Source: Candidatus Latescibacterota bacterium (GTDB taxonomy: Bacteria; Latescibacterota; UBA2968; UBA8231). Taken from it: a stretch of DNA of 64,000 nt. Below the pieces are notes generated by a model. It did no database searches. It saw only the letters and a list, made by a program, of their open reading frames with translations, and was not told the origin of the DNA. Positions within the stretch are counted from its first letter, which is position 1. Every line of letters begins with the position of its first letter. The stretch lies in assembly GCA_965248355.1 (NCBI GenBank), contig OZ252098.1, positions 608,001 to 672,000 of the forward strand, in the 5' to 3' direction. Position numbers and translations under genes: made by a program. Shown one piece after another: positions 50,109 through 59,339 of the stretch.

Positions 50109-50120
50109 AAGGACTCGCTG

Positions 50121-50330
50121 GTGGCGACGGCCGTCGACTTCGCGCGCTCCTTCCTGTGGCCGAGGCGGCCAGCGGGAAGCGCCGCCGCTTCGCCCTCGGC
50201 GTGAGCTGCAAGACCGAGGCGGTGGGGGCCGAGGACGGAATCTGGCCGCGGCCCAACGCGATGCTCACCATCAAGACCTGCGACGTGGTCGGCCGGCCGC
50301 TGCCCCTCTACGTCGAGTCCCTGGGGGCCG
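50121..50330 (+). pseudogene. Fragmented remnant of a conserved hypothetical gene
   Basis: GTG after a GAAGGA RBS: VATAVDFARSFLW, then out of frame FALGVSCKTEAVGAEDGIWPRPNA. Confidence 0.4.
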
Positions 50331-50417
50331 GTCCTCGTGCCGGACCTGGCGCGGGAGCCCGGGGACCCTCCGCCGGCCGCCCGCGCGGGTGACCCGACGC
50401 CGTCAAGAGGTCCTTCC

Positions 50418-51215
50418 ATGTCCGAGCCCGTCCTCCACATCCGCCCCCGCTATCACCGCTGGCACGTCGATCCCGGCGTGGAGTGGGTGGAGTCGAACAC
50501 CACCTTCGGCCACCTCGACTGGCGCATCCCCCTGTCGAGGGCCGTCCTCGTCCTGGTCGACGTCTGGGACCGCCACTACCTGAAGGACACCCACGCCCGG
50601 GCCGAGGAGATCATCCAGCGGCGCCTGCGGCCCCTGGTCGACCGCTGCCGCGCCGCCGGCCTGCCGATCGTGCACGCCCCCTCGCCGCCCCAGGCCGTGT
50701 CGCACCCGAACTGGCTGGGCCTGGAAGGCTGGAACCGCAAGACGTGGCCCGTCGACGAGGACTGGCCGCCGCCCGACTTCCGCGAGCGCCGGGGGGAGTT
50801 CGCTTCCTACGCGCCGCCCGTGGAGCCGCGCGATCCCGAGCGCGAAGCCCTGCGGGAGGGATTGCGGATCCACCCCGACCTGCAGCCGGCGGAGGGGGAG
50901 CCCGTGGCCTCCTCCGGCGAGGAGCTGCACCTCTGGTGCCGGGAGCAGGGGGTGATGTTCTTGCTGTACGCCGGCTTCAACACCAACGCCTGCATCCTGA
51001 ACCGCGACTACGGCACCCTCGACATGAACCGCCGCGGCTACGCGGTGCTGATCGTGCGCGACGGCACCACGGGCATGGAGTCGGCCGCCACCCACGAGGC
51101 GCTGGGGCAGACGCGGGCCACGATCCTGAACCTGGAGATGTTCGGGTGCGGGTCGGTCACCTGCGGCGAGATCGCCGCGGGGCTGCCGGAAGGCGGCGGC
51201 CGGGACCGGGGATGA
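50418..51215 (+). CDS. Isochorismatase-like cysteine hydrolase
   Basis: LVLVDVW, LYAGFNTNACILNR, IVRDGT. Confidence 0.8.
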   Translation: MSEPVLHIRPRYHRWHVDPGVEWVESNTTFGHLDWRIPLSRAVLVLVDVWDRHYLKDTHARAEEIIQRRLRPLVDRCRAAGLPIVHAPSPPQAVSHPNWLGLEGWNRKTWPVDEDWPPPDFRERRGEFASYAPPVEPRDPEREALREGLRIHPDLQPAEGEPVASSGEELHLWCREQGVMFLLYAGFNTNACILNRDYGTLDMNRRGYAVLIVRDGTTGMESAATHEALGQTRATILNLEMFGCGSVTCGEIAAGLPEGGGRDRG

Positions 51216-51229
51216 CCCTCGTCCGGCGC

Positions 51230-51799
51230 CTAGCGGAAGGTCGGACAGTCGACGAGGGTGGGCTTGGTGCCCTCGGGCAGCGGCACCTGGAAGGCGTTGA
51301 GGGACATGGCCACCATCGAGTAGTAGCCGATGAGCCCGGTGAGCTCCACGACGCCGCCGTCGCCGAGAAGGTCGCGGGCGGCGCCGAAGGTGCGCTCCTG
51401 CACGAAGCGGTTGTAGACCAGCTCGGCGGCGTAGTCGTACACGGTCTGCTCGTCCTCCCGCTCGAACTCGGGGTACTGCCCGAGGCGGACCGCTTCCAGC
51501 TGCTCCGGCGCCAGGCCGGCCTCGAGGGCGATGGGCTCGTGCAGGGTCCACTCGAGCTGGCAGTCCCAGGCGCGGGCCGTGACCAGGATGACGAGCTCCG
51601 AGAGGCGGGGCTCGAGACGGGTCTGGTAGCGGACCAGGGCGCCCAGCTTCTGGGCGCGGTCGGTGAAGGGGGCGCTGTGGAGCCACACGCGGAAGGGTCC
51701 GGCCACGTTGCCGCGGGCCTCGACGATGGCGTCCCAGACGGCCTTTTGCTGCTCGTCGAGGTCGTCGCGCTCGAGCTGTCGCAGGCGGCTGCTGCTCAC
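51230..51799 (-). CDS. Carboxymuconolactone decarboxylase/AhpD-like protein
   Basis: GPFRVWLHS, LSELVILVTARAW, EWTLH, ELTGLIGYY. Confidence 0.85.
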   Translation of the reverse strand: MSSSRLRQLERDDLDEQQKAVWDAIVEARGNVAGPFRVWLHSAPFTDRAQKLGALVRYQTRLEPRLSELVILVTARAWDCQLEWTLHEPIALEAGLAPEQLEAVRLGQYPEFEREDEQTVYDYAAELVYNRFVQERTFGAARDLLGDGGVVELTGLIGYYSMVAMSLNAFQVPLPEGTKPTLVDCPTFR

Positions 51800-51832
51800 G
51801 GGCGGATCCCCGGAAGTTGAGGCGGAGAGTCG

Positions 51833-52732
51833 ATGGACATGGACAAGGTGGGTTTCATCGGTCTGGGTTCCATGGGCCGGAGGATGGTGGCCAACCTGGC
51901 GGGCGCCGGGGAGGAGCTTCTCGTCTTCGACATCGACGCCGCGGCCTGCGAGGCGGTGAAGGGCCCCGGCGTCACGCCGGCGGAGAATGTGGCCTCCGTG
52001 GGGCGGGGCTGCAACCGCGTCCTGTTGTCCCTGCCGGACGGCGCCGCGGTGGAGGACGTGATCTTCGGAGCCGGCGGCCTGGCGGAGTCCCTGGCTCCCG
52101 GGTCGATCGTCGTCGACTGCAGCACCTGCCACCCCGAGGCGGCCCGGTCCATGGAGGCCCGGCTGCGGGGGCAGGGGATCCGGTTCCTCGACGCGCCGGT
52201 CACCGGTCTGGAGGACCGGGCCGCCGAGGGCACTCTGACGATCATGGTGGGAGGGGACGAGGCGGCCTTCGAGGAAGTGAAGCCTTTGCTGGAGCGGATC
52301 GGCAGCCTCGTGGTGCACATGGGCGCCCCGGGCCACGGCCAGTTGACCAAGATGGCCAACAACGTGCTATACAACATCTCCGTGGCCGCCATGGCCGAGA
52401 TGCTGCCCCTGACGGCGAGCCTTGGCCTCGACCCGGACAAGCTCCGCCGCGTCGTGGCCACCGGCTCGGGACAGAGCTTCGGCTTCGACTACTTCGCCGG
52501 CCGCGTCCTGCAGGGCCGCTTCGACGAGGGCTACCCCATGGGCGCCGCCTTCAAGGACATGGTGACCCTCATGGAGCGCGCCAACGAGCAGCGCGCCCCC
52601 ATGCCCGTGGCCTCGGCGGCGATGCAGACCTACCGCCAGGCCCTGGCCGAGGGCTACGGCGATGAGGCCAAGGGAGCGATGATCAAGGTCTGGGAGCGGG
52701 TCATGGGGATCAGGGTGAGGAGGGAGGGCTGA
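51833..52732 (+). CDS. NAD(P)-dependent beta-hydroxyacid dehydrogenase (3-hydroxyisobutyrate dehydrogenase family)
   Basis: GFIGLGSMG, FLDAPVTG, TIMVGG, GQLTKMANN. Confidence 0.9.
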   Translation: MDMDKVGFIGLGSMGRRMVANLAGAGEELLVFDIDAAACEAVKGPGVTPAENVASVGRGCNRVLLSLPDGAAVEDVIFGAGGLAESLAPGSIVVDCSTCHPEAARSMEARLRGQGIRFLDAPVTGLEDRAAEGTLTIMVGGDEAAFEEVKPLLERIGSLVVHMGAPGHGQLTKMANNVLYNISVAAMAEMLPLTASLGLDPDKLRRVVATGSGQSFGFDYFAGRVLQGRFDEGYPMGAAFKDMVTLMERANEQRAPMPVASAAMQTYRQALAEGYGDEAKGAMIKVWERVMGIRVRREG

Positions 52733-52802
52733 GGAGGTGCGAGCCTCCGGTGGAGCCGGGGGCCGGACGTGGACAGGTGAAGCATCACTCCAGAGTGCAC
52801 GA

Positions 52803-54357
52803 TTAACGGCTCGATAAACGCGCCGATTCTAGTTCGGCTAGACCTCCTCGGTAGCCTGCTAAGTACAATCCAAAGGGATGCGAGTGAAGGCGTCTACTCT
52901 CTACATTCCATCCAACCTCAAGCAGATCAGAAACAGCGAATACAAATTCCAGGGTTTGAGTAAGGAACACCAGTACCCCTGGCTTGTCATAGTCTACCTT
53001 TCGATGAACTCCATGAACGTAGTGGTTTCGACAATTCACCGCTTCGTCTGTCACTTCAGAGAGGGATGGTAGGTCCCACTTGCTCAGATCCAGGATCCGT
53101 TGTGATCGGTATTGGATCTTCTTCTTTAGAGTCAGGGCTCCAAGACGGTGGAGATCGCTCAACACAGTGCTCGTTTCAACACCGTCCGGCAGTTTTCTCA
53201 GTATATTCTTGCATTGGTCCCGAATACCCTTGACATCTTGCGTCAGTTCGGGGCAAGGCAATGTCTGGCAGGACATCAAACATGTTTGCGGCACTTACAA
53301 GACGATTGGGGTCATAGCCCGATTGTCGAAAATTAGAGAAGAACTGTGCTCGTGCGCTCCGCCAAGATGGATTCCTCTCAATCCACCTATTGAGTATACC
53401 TGAGAATTCTCCTGAGCTTCTCGCAATAGTGACGAGCGCATCCCGATAGTTCAGCCCGCCTCCCTCATGAGGGTTTCTCTCGTACTGCGGGGCACCGCAA
53501 GCATACACCCGAAAGGACTCTGTGGAAGCCTCTTGGTCCTTGAGCCTGAATCTTATACCCGTCAAATTCTGCGGACGACCTGCAATCAATTCAAGAAATC
53601 CTATCACCGTGTACATCCTCTCAATGGCCTCTTCAAAGCAGACTGGGCTCGCGAACTCAACTCTTAGCCACACCTTGTTCCTTATGGAGACCCCTTCAGG
53701 ATCTCCCAGAGAACTGCTTGTGCTTCGATAGGCTGCGACCTTACCGATTGAGGTGTCCGTGGAAAAGACCTCCCACTTGCCAGTGAAATAGGCAATCTGT
53801 GGATCAGGGCCTATCTCAGTTTCTCGAAGAGCACTCTCTGGATCCTCTACTGAATGACCTTCGGGTTTCTCGGTGTATTTCATAATCTGTTCTTTCTGGC
53901 GTTGTACAACCTGCTCGATGAGCTCACGGGCATCAATGAGTTGGCCGAAGACTTCGGAATCAAAGAAGAGTGCATTCCCGTCATCAATGCTGAATTCAAT
54001 CCTGTCGATTGTCTCTTCGGCTGGCGATAGAATCTGTTCGCCAAAGATGATGTAATGAGGAAATATGCTCGCATGGTAGACGCTCTCCGAATGCGAACGC
54101 CGCCAACGATGCCCAGGGCCCTCCCTCATCGTGCATTGAATCAATGAAACCCTTGTTAGATCATCGAGATCACCCCATATGACGTCGCTACCTCTACTCC
54201 TACAGGAAAGTCCCGTACCAATACCCCACAGATTCTGGTCAAAACTCCATACATACAGAGAACTCTGAAGACCTGCAAGTGTAAGTTCACCAGTAATCTG
54301 TCGATCAGCAATCGTAAACCTGCCCAGATATTTGGACTTGTCAAAGCCTTCCATCAA
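52803..54357 (-). pseudogene. ApeA-like HEPN protein (ApeA N-terminal domain + HEPN), frameshifted near 53250
   Basis: Low-GC island; RLVSAANMFDVLP, LTLKKKI, RNHYVHG (Rx4H), FLTQTLEFVF. Confidence 0.75.
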
Positions 54358-54424
54358 TAGCCTCTCCCTTTGATTCTGGCCTTGTCCGTGAGGCCACTGG
54401 CCGGATCTCTTGATTTCACTTCCC

Positions 54425-55459
54425 TCAACGCCACCGCTCCTCGAAGACCGAGATCGCCGTCTGCGAGACCAGCATGGAGGTGCTCACCCGCTCCTCGTAG
54501 CCGCCCGCCATCTTCATCCCCGTCTCGATGGTGAAGGACGGTCCGTAGAGGCTCGCCCCGTAGTCGGCCAGGTTCAGGCCCTCTCCCCGCTGCTGGGCGA
54601 TCAGCCAGACCACGCCGCGCTCCTGGACCTCGAAGAAGGGGCCGGGCATGTACCCGAGGGGGGCCAGCTCGACGCCTGAGTCGGCCACCGCCCGGATCAT
54701 GGTGTCGGCCATCTTCTGCTCCCAGCTCTCGTCCTCTTCGGTGCGCTGGTGGCGGGCGGAGAACCAGAAGCCGTCGCCGCCGTACTCGTGTAGATCCAGG
54801 GTCAGGCCGGGCTGGATGCGGGCCATCAGGTCGCGGGTGCAGCGTGACTCCACCGGAGCCCAGGGGGTGTCGTGGAACCGGTTGATGTGCAGGACCTCGC
54901 CTTCCGGAGTCACGATCAGGGAATAGGCCCTCTGGCAGGGGGCCGTGCCTTCGCCCTCGTCGCCGGAGGGAAAGAAGATGCGACGGCCGAAGAGGGGCTT
55001 CAGGAAATCGGCGCCGACCTCGAACCGCCCCAGCAGTCCCCTCGTCGAGTAGCCGTACTCCCCCACGATGGCGAGCACCGTATCGTCCTCCTCGTACAAC
55101 ACCTCGCCGCGGGCCTTCAGGGCATCTCTCACGTCGGCCGCCGAGTTCAGCTCGGGCACCTCGTCCAGGCTCAGGCTCAGAGCGTAGGCATACCCGTTCA
55201 TCCCCATGGGGTCCCTGCTGGGGAAGACGTAGACCTGGTGCTCCGTGTCGAGGGACTCCACGAGTCCCATGGCGGCGCCGACGCCGGCCTGCTCGGTGGA
55301 GTGGCTGCCGGCGCTGATGAAGATGGCCGGGGTCTTGTCGCCGCCGGTGCGCAGACAGATCAGCGGCGACCCGTCCGGGGCAAATCCCAGCACCTCCGAG
55401 GAGCATCCCTTCTCCTCCACCCACTGCAACAGATCCGCATACCGATCGAAAATCCGCAT
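54425..55459 (-). CDS. M14-like zinc carboxypeptidase / desuccinylase family protein
   Basis: GSHSTE (HxxE), DPMG, HINR, LDLHE, FTIET. Confidence 0.7.
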   Translation of the reverse strand: MRIFDRYADLLQWVEEKGCSSEVLGFAPDGSPLICLRTGGDKTPAIFISAGSHSTEQAGVGAAMGLVESLDTEHQVYVFPSRDPMGMNGYAYALSLSLDEVPELNSAADVRDALKARGEVLYEEDDTVLAIVGEYGYSTRGLLGRFEVGADFLKPLFGRRIFFPSGDEGEGTAPCQRAYSLIVTPEGEVLHINRFHDTPWAPVESRCTRDLMARIQPGLTLDLHEYGGDGFWFSARHQRTEEDESWEQKMADTMIRAVADSGVELAPLGYMPGPFFEVQERGVVWLIAQQRGEGLNLADYGASLYGPSFTIETGMKMAGGYEERVSTSMLVSQTAISVFEERWR

Positions 55460-55582
55460 TTCATGCTCTCCGTCGTTTCCTGTTGATGGGGCCCCATCGA
55501 GCGGCCCCAAGCTGAGGGCTCCATGGTAGAGTGTCAATGCGGCCGGGCCTGGAGCTTGGAGAAGCGCCGTTGTTGCCGGCGC

Positions 55583-56644
55583 CTACCACGGGACCTGGAT
55601 CCCGACGCGTTCGGCGACCTCGGCGATGAGCCGGCAGCTCTCCTCGGGCAGGGGGATGCCCTCCCGCCGGCGGGCCCTCAGGGTGCGGAACTCGCGCTCC
55701 CCCGGCATCTGCACCTCATCGAATCCGGGGGCCGGGGCCGAACCGCGCACGTAGTCGCGCAACTGGCCGGTCAGCTCCCGGAAGCGGTCCCCGGAGCCGC
55801 TCAGGGCACCCGGGTCGATGGCGAGGATGCCGAAGCCGTTGATGTAGCGGCCGTCGTCGGCCTCGGCCAGAGGCTCGCCGGCGATCGTCGCCCCGAGGAC
55901 CTCCACCAGCAGGCCGAGGCCGAAGCCGCGGTACCCGAGGTCGCCGCCGAAGGGCAGGATGGCGCCGGCGGGCGGTCCCTCGCCGGGGCCGTAGAAGTCG
56001 GCCGGGTCGACGCTGGGCCGGCCGTCTCCGTCGAGGATGCGGCCCTCGGGAAGCCGCTCTCCGGCGTGCAGGGCGGTGCGGATGCGGCCCTCCGGGATCA
56101 TGCTCGTCGACATGTCGAGCACCAGGGGATCGCCTCCGGTGGGGGCCGCCCAGGCCAGGGGGTTGGTGGCCAGGCGGCCCTCCCGTCCGCCCCAGGGCAC
56201 GACGAAGTGGCCGTGTCTGTGGCTGTTGGCCACGGCCAGGCCGAAGAGACCGGCCTCGGCCAGCTTCTGGGGATAGGCGCCGAGACGGCCCACGTGGTGG
56301 CAGCGGCGGCTGACGGCGAAGGCGATCCCCCCGGACCGGGCGCCCTCGCTCACGAGATCGGTCATGTGGTGGGCGCCCACCTGGCCGAAGTTCATGCCGC
56401 AGTCGACGACCGCCACGGCGCCAGGGTCGCCCACCACCCGAGCCTGCGCGCCGGGCCGGATCGTGCCGTCGAGGCAGTGCTCGACGTACATCACGTAGCG
56501 CACGACGCCGTGGGAGTCGATGCCCATGAGGCTGGCTTCCACGAGGTGATCGGCCACGAGGACGGCCTCGTCGGCGGGGGCGCCGCAGGCCTGGAACAAC
56601 TCGACGCCGAGATCGCGCAGGGCCTGCGCGGGGAGGAACTTCAC
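55583..56644 (-). CDS. Ldh_2 family (AllD/YiaK/ComC-like) oxidoreductase
   Basis: GIDSHG, HVGRLG, ATNPLAW, LDMSTS, PFGGDLGYRG, MPGERE. Confidence 0.9.
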   Translation of the reverse strand: MKFLPAQALRDLGVELFQACGAPADEAVLVADHLVEASLMGIDSHGVVRYVMYVEHCLDGTIRPGAQARVVGDPGAVAVVDCGMNFGQVGAHHMTDLVSEGARSGGIAFAVSRRCHHVGRLGAYPQKLAEAGLFGLAVANSHRHGHFVVPWGGREGRLATNPLAWAAPTGGDPLVLDMSTSMIPEGRIRTALHAGERLPEGRILDGDGRPSVDPADFYGPGEGPPAGAILPFGGDLGYRGFGLGLLVEVLGATIAGEPLAEADDGRYINGFGILAIDPGALSGSGDRFRELTGQLRDYVRGSAPAPGFDEVQMPGEREFRTLRARRREGIPLPEESCRLIAEVAERVGIQVPW

Positions 56645-57420
56645 GCCAGCCGCTGGCGGACCGTCTTGACCGTGTCGGCCACGGCCAGCATCAGGTGGGG
56701 GATGTCGCCGCCGATCTGCAGCCACTGAACGCCGCGCCGCGCCTGGACCGCGGCGTACTCCAGGTCCACGGGCATGCCCGAGCCCACCGGCAGGCCCCGG
56801 GCGGAGGCCGCGGCGATGACGCGCTCCATGGCGGCCACCACGTCGGGGTGCTCCACCTGCCCGAGGAGGCCGAGGGATCCGGACAGGTCGTTGGGGCCGA
56901 GGACCACCGAGTCGAGACCGGGCACGGCGACGATCTCGTCGATCGCCTCCACCGCCTCGACGCGCTCGATCATGACCGAGACGAAGAGGCTGCGGTCCGC
57001 CAGTTCCGGGTACTCCGGACCTCCCAGGCGGCCGTAGTCGGAGGCCACGAGGGGGCCGAAGCCCCGGCGTCCGCCGGGCGGGTAGCGGCAGTCGGCGACG
57101 ACCGACTCGACCTCGGCGGCGGAAGCGACTTGGGGGACGACGATGCCGGGAGCCCCGGCGTCGAGGACCGGCTTGATGGAGACCGTGTCGGAGCCCGGCA
57201 CGCGCACGAGGACGGCCCGGCGGCGACCCCGCGCCACCATCAGGTGGGTGCGCATCGCCTCCGGCCCCATGGCGGAGTGCTCCAGGTCGATCCACAGGAA
57301 GTCGACGGACTCGGCCAGGGCCTCGCAGACCTGGGGATCGGTGAGGGTCAGGGTGGTGCCCACCAGGGTCTCGCCGGCCCGCAGCCGGCGGCGGAAGTCG
57401 TCGATGCCGTCGAAGATCAC
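56641..57420 (-). CDS. HpcH/HpaI aldolase family protein
   Basis: WIDLEHS, VRVP, LDAGAPGIVVP, RYPPGGRRG, MIE, GPNDLS. Confidence 0.9.
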   Translation of the reverse strand: MIFDGIDDFRRRLRAGETLVGTTLTLTDPQVCEALAESVDFLWIDLEHSAMGPEAMRTHLMVARGRRRAVLVRVPGSDTVSIKPVLDAGAPGIVVPQVASAAEVESVVADCRYPPGGRRGFGPLVASDYGRLGGPEYPELADRSLFVSVMIERVEAVEAIDEIVAVPGLDSVVLGPNDLSGSLGLLGQVEHPDVVAAMERVIAAASARGLPVGSGMPVDLEYAAVQARRGVQWLQIGGDIPHLMLAVADTVKTVRQRLA

Positions 57421-57561
57421 GGCGCCAATGGTAGCCCGCTCGCCCAGAGCGGGCCAACCTCGTCTCAGGGCGGGTTCGGCATGGCGATATTCCCGCCAAA
57501 CCGTTATGGTGAATGCACGGTGAAAGCACGTGGACTCGTGCACGGACAGGGAGAGGCAGTC

Positions 57562-58404
57562 ATGGGGAGAAACACGGCGTTGGTCCTTCTGCTTGTCGTG
57601 TTTCCGCTCATGTGCTTCGGTGGGGAGGGACCCGTTCTGCCGCCGCTCGAGGTCCCGGTGCTGACGGATGTAGATGCCATCCAGCTGGACGGTGACCTGA
57701 CGGATTGGCGGCAGGTCATCGGTCCGCCTCTGCTCACGACATATGACATGTGGAGGGACGTCACCGAGGGAGACGGCACCAGGAATGGCCAGTTGGATTA
57801 CCGGCTTGAGGTCTGGATTGCCGTCCTGCCACCGGATCGTGTCCTCCTCGCCTTCGAGAGACGGGACACGGCGGTCTCCGATCAGGTGGTCGATACTTGG
57901 CGCGACGGCCAGTTCGAGTTCATGGTCGAGGTGGATCCGCAGGAGGTCGCCTCCGACGCGGCCACGGCGCAGCGAGTCGAGGTGCTTCCATTTGCGGAGG
58001 GCGGCCTCTCGGTCCGCTACACCGGAGCCGTGGGCGCGTGGCGCAACCGCACCGAGTACCTCCACGGGGTGACCGACTCGGACCCACCCAAGGCGAATCG
58101 CGAGATCGAGACGCGCGTGGAGGTGTCGCTCACCGTGTTCGACGTGGTAAGCGACGTGGGCCTCCAGGAGAGCGTTCGATCGGCCCTGAAGGTCGGTGAT
58201 GTCATCACCCTGGGTGTGATAGGCGTCGATGTCGATCCTTGTGACTGGTGCGTCGCGGTCGTCACCTATCCAGCCACTCTCGCCAGGGACTTGCGCAAGG
58301 ACGCCGGTGGCTTCGGCACCGCGATCCTGACCGGTCTGGAGCCGCCACGTACGGTTGTGTCGCCTTCGGGATGGGGCTCCGTCAAACGACTCTGGCGATG
58401 GTAG
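57562..58404 (+). CDS. Secreted CBM9/DOMON-like protein, tandem copy 1
   Basis: Signal peptide; IQLDGDLTDW; C-terminal TVVSPSGWGSVKRLWRW. Confidence 0.65.
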   Translation: MGRNTALVLLLVVFPLMCFGGEGPVLPPLEVPVLTDVDAIQLDGDLTDWRQVIGPPLLTTYDMWRDVTEGDGTRNGQLDYRLEVWIAVLPPDRVLLAFERRDTAVSDQVVDTWRDGQFEFMVEVDPQEVASDAATAQRVEVLPFAEGGLSVRYTGAVGAWRNRTEYLHGVTDSDPPKANREIETRVEVSLTVFDVVSDVGLQESVRSALKVGDVITLGVIGVDVDPCDWCVAVVTYPATLARDLRKDAGGFGTAILTGLEPPRTVVSPSGWGSVKRLWRW

Positions 58405-58450
58405 CGGTCGGGCGACGCTGGACACGTAACAGGCCGCAGAGAGGCGTGCC

Positions 58451-59287
58451 ATGCTGAGAGCGATAGCCCTTGTCCTGCTGTTCGCCGCCCTTCCAGGGAT
58501 CTGCTCGGCCGGGGGCCCTCCGGTCCTGCCACCGCTCGAGATCCCGGTGCTGACGGACGCCGATGCCATCCAGTTGGACGGTGACCTGACGGACTGGCGG
58601 CAGGCCATCGGGCCGCCGACGCTCGCGCCGATCGACATGTGGCGGGACGTCACCGAGGGCGATGGCATGAGGGACCTGGTGGATTACCAGCTTGAAGTCT
58701 GGATTGCCGTGCTGCCGCCGGATCGCGTGCTCCTCGCCTTTGAGAGACGGGACACGGAGATTTCCGATCAGGTCGTCGATGGATGGCGAGATGGCGAGTT
58801 CGAGTTCATGGCGGAGGTGGCTCCGCAGGAGGTCGCCTCGGACGCGGCCACGGCGCAGCGAGTCGAGGTGCTTCCCTTCGCGGAGGATGGCCTCTCGGTC
58901 CGCTACATCGGAGACGTAGGCGCGTGGCGGAACACGACGGAGTTCATCCACGGGGTGACCGACTCGGACCCACCCAAGAATCGCGAGATCGCGACGCGCG
59001 TGGAGGTGTCGCTCACCGTGTTCGACGTGGTAAGCGACGTGGGGCTCCAGGAGAGCGTTCGATCGGCCCTGGAGGTCGGTGATGTCATCACGTTGGGTGT
59101 GATAGGCGTAGATGTCGATCCTTGTGACTGGTGCGTCGCGGTCGTCACCTATCCAGCCACTCTCGCCAGGGATTTGCGCAAGGACGCCAGCGGTTTCGGC
59201 ACCGCGATCCTGACCCGTCTCGAGCCGCCTCCGACGGCGGTGCTGCCCTCGGGATGGGGCCCGCTCAAGCGGCTCATGAGATGGTAG
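58451..59287 (+). CDS. Secreted CBM9/DOMON-like protein, tandem copy 2
   Basis: Signal peptide; IQLDGDLTDW; C-terminal TAVLPSGWGPLKRLMRW. Confidence 0.65.
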   Translation: MLRAIALVLLFAALPGICSAGGPPVLPPLEIPVLTDADAIQLDGDLTDWRQAIGPPTLAPIDMWRDVTEGDGMRDLVDYQLEVWIAVLPPDRVLLAFERRDTEISDQVVDGWRDGEFEFMAEVAPQEVASDAATAQRVEVLPFAEDGLSVRYIGDVGAWRNTTEFIHGVTDSDPPKNREIATRVEVSLTVFDVVSDVGLQESVRSALEVGDVITLGVIGVDVDPCDWCVAVVTYPATLARDLRKDASGFGTAILTRLEPPPTAVLPSGWGPLKRLMRW

Positions 59288-59339
59288 TGTCCGGCTGTCG
59301 TTCCACGCGCTTGCTGATCGCCGACCTGACAGGCTCGCC

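Noticed and set aside
57482..57498. TGGCG-atattcc-CGCCA as a second sigma54 promoter
   Set aside because: GG-N10-GC spacing fits but the -12 TTGC and the -24 CAC are missing; more likely a small hairpin or chance
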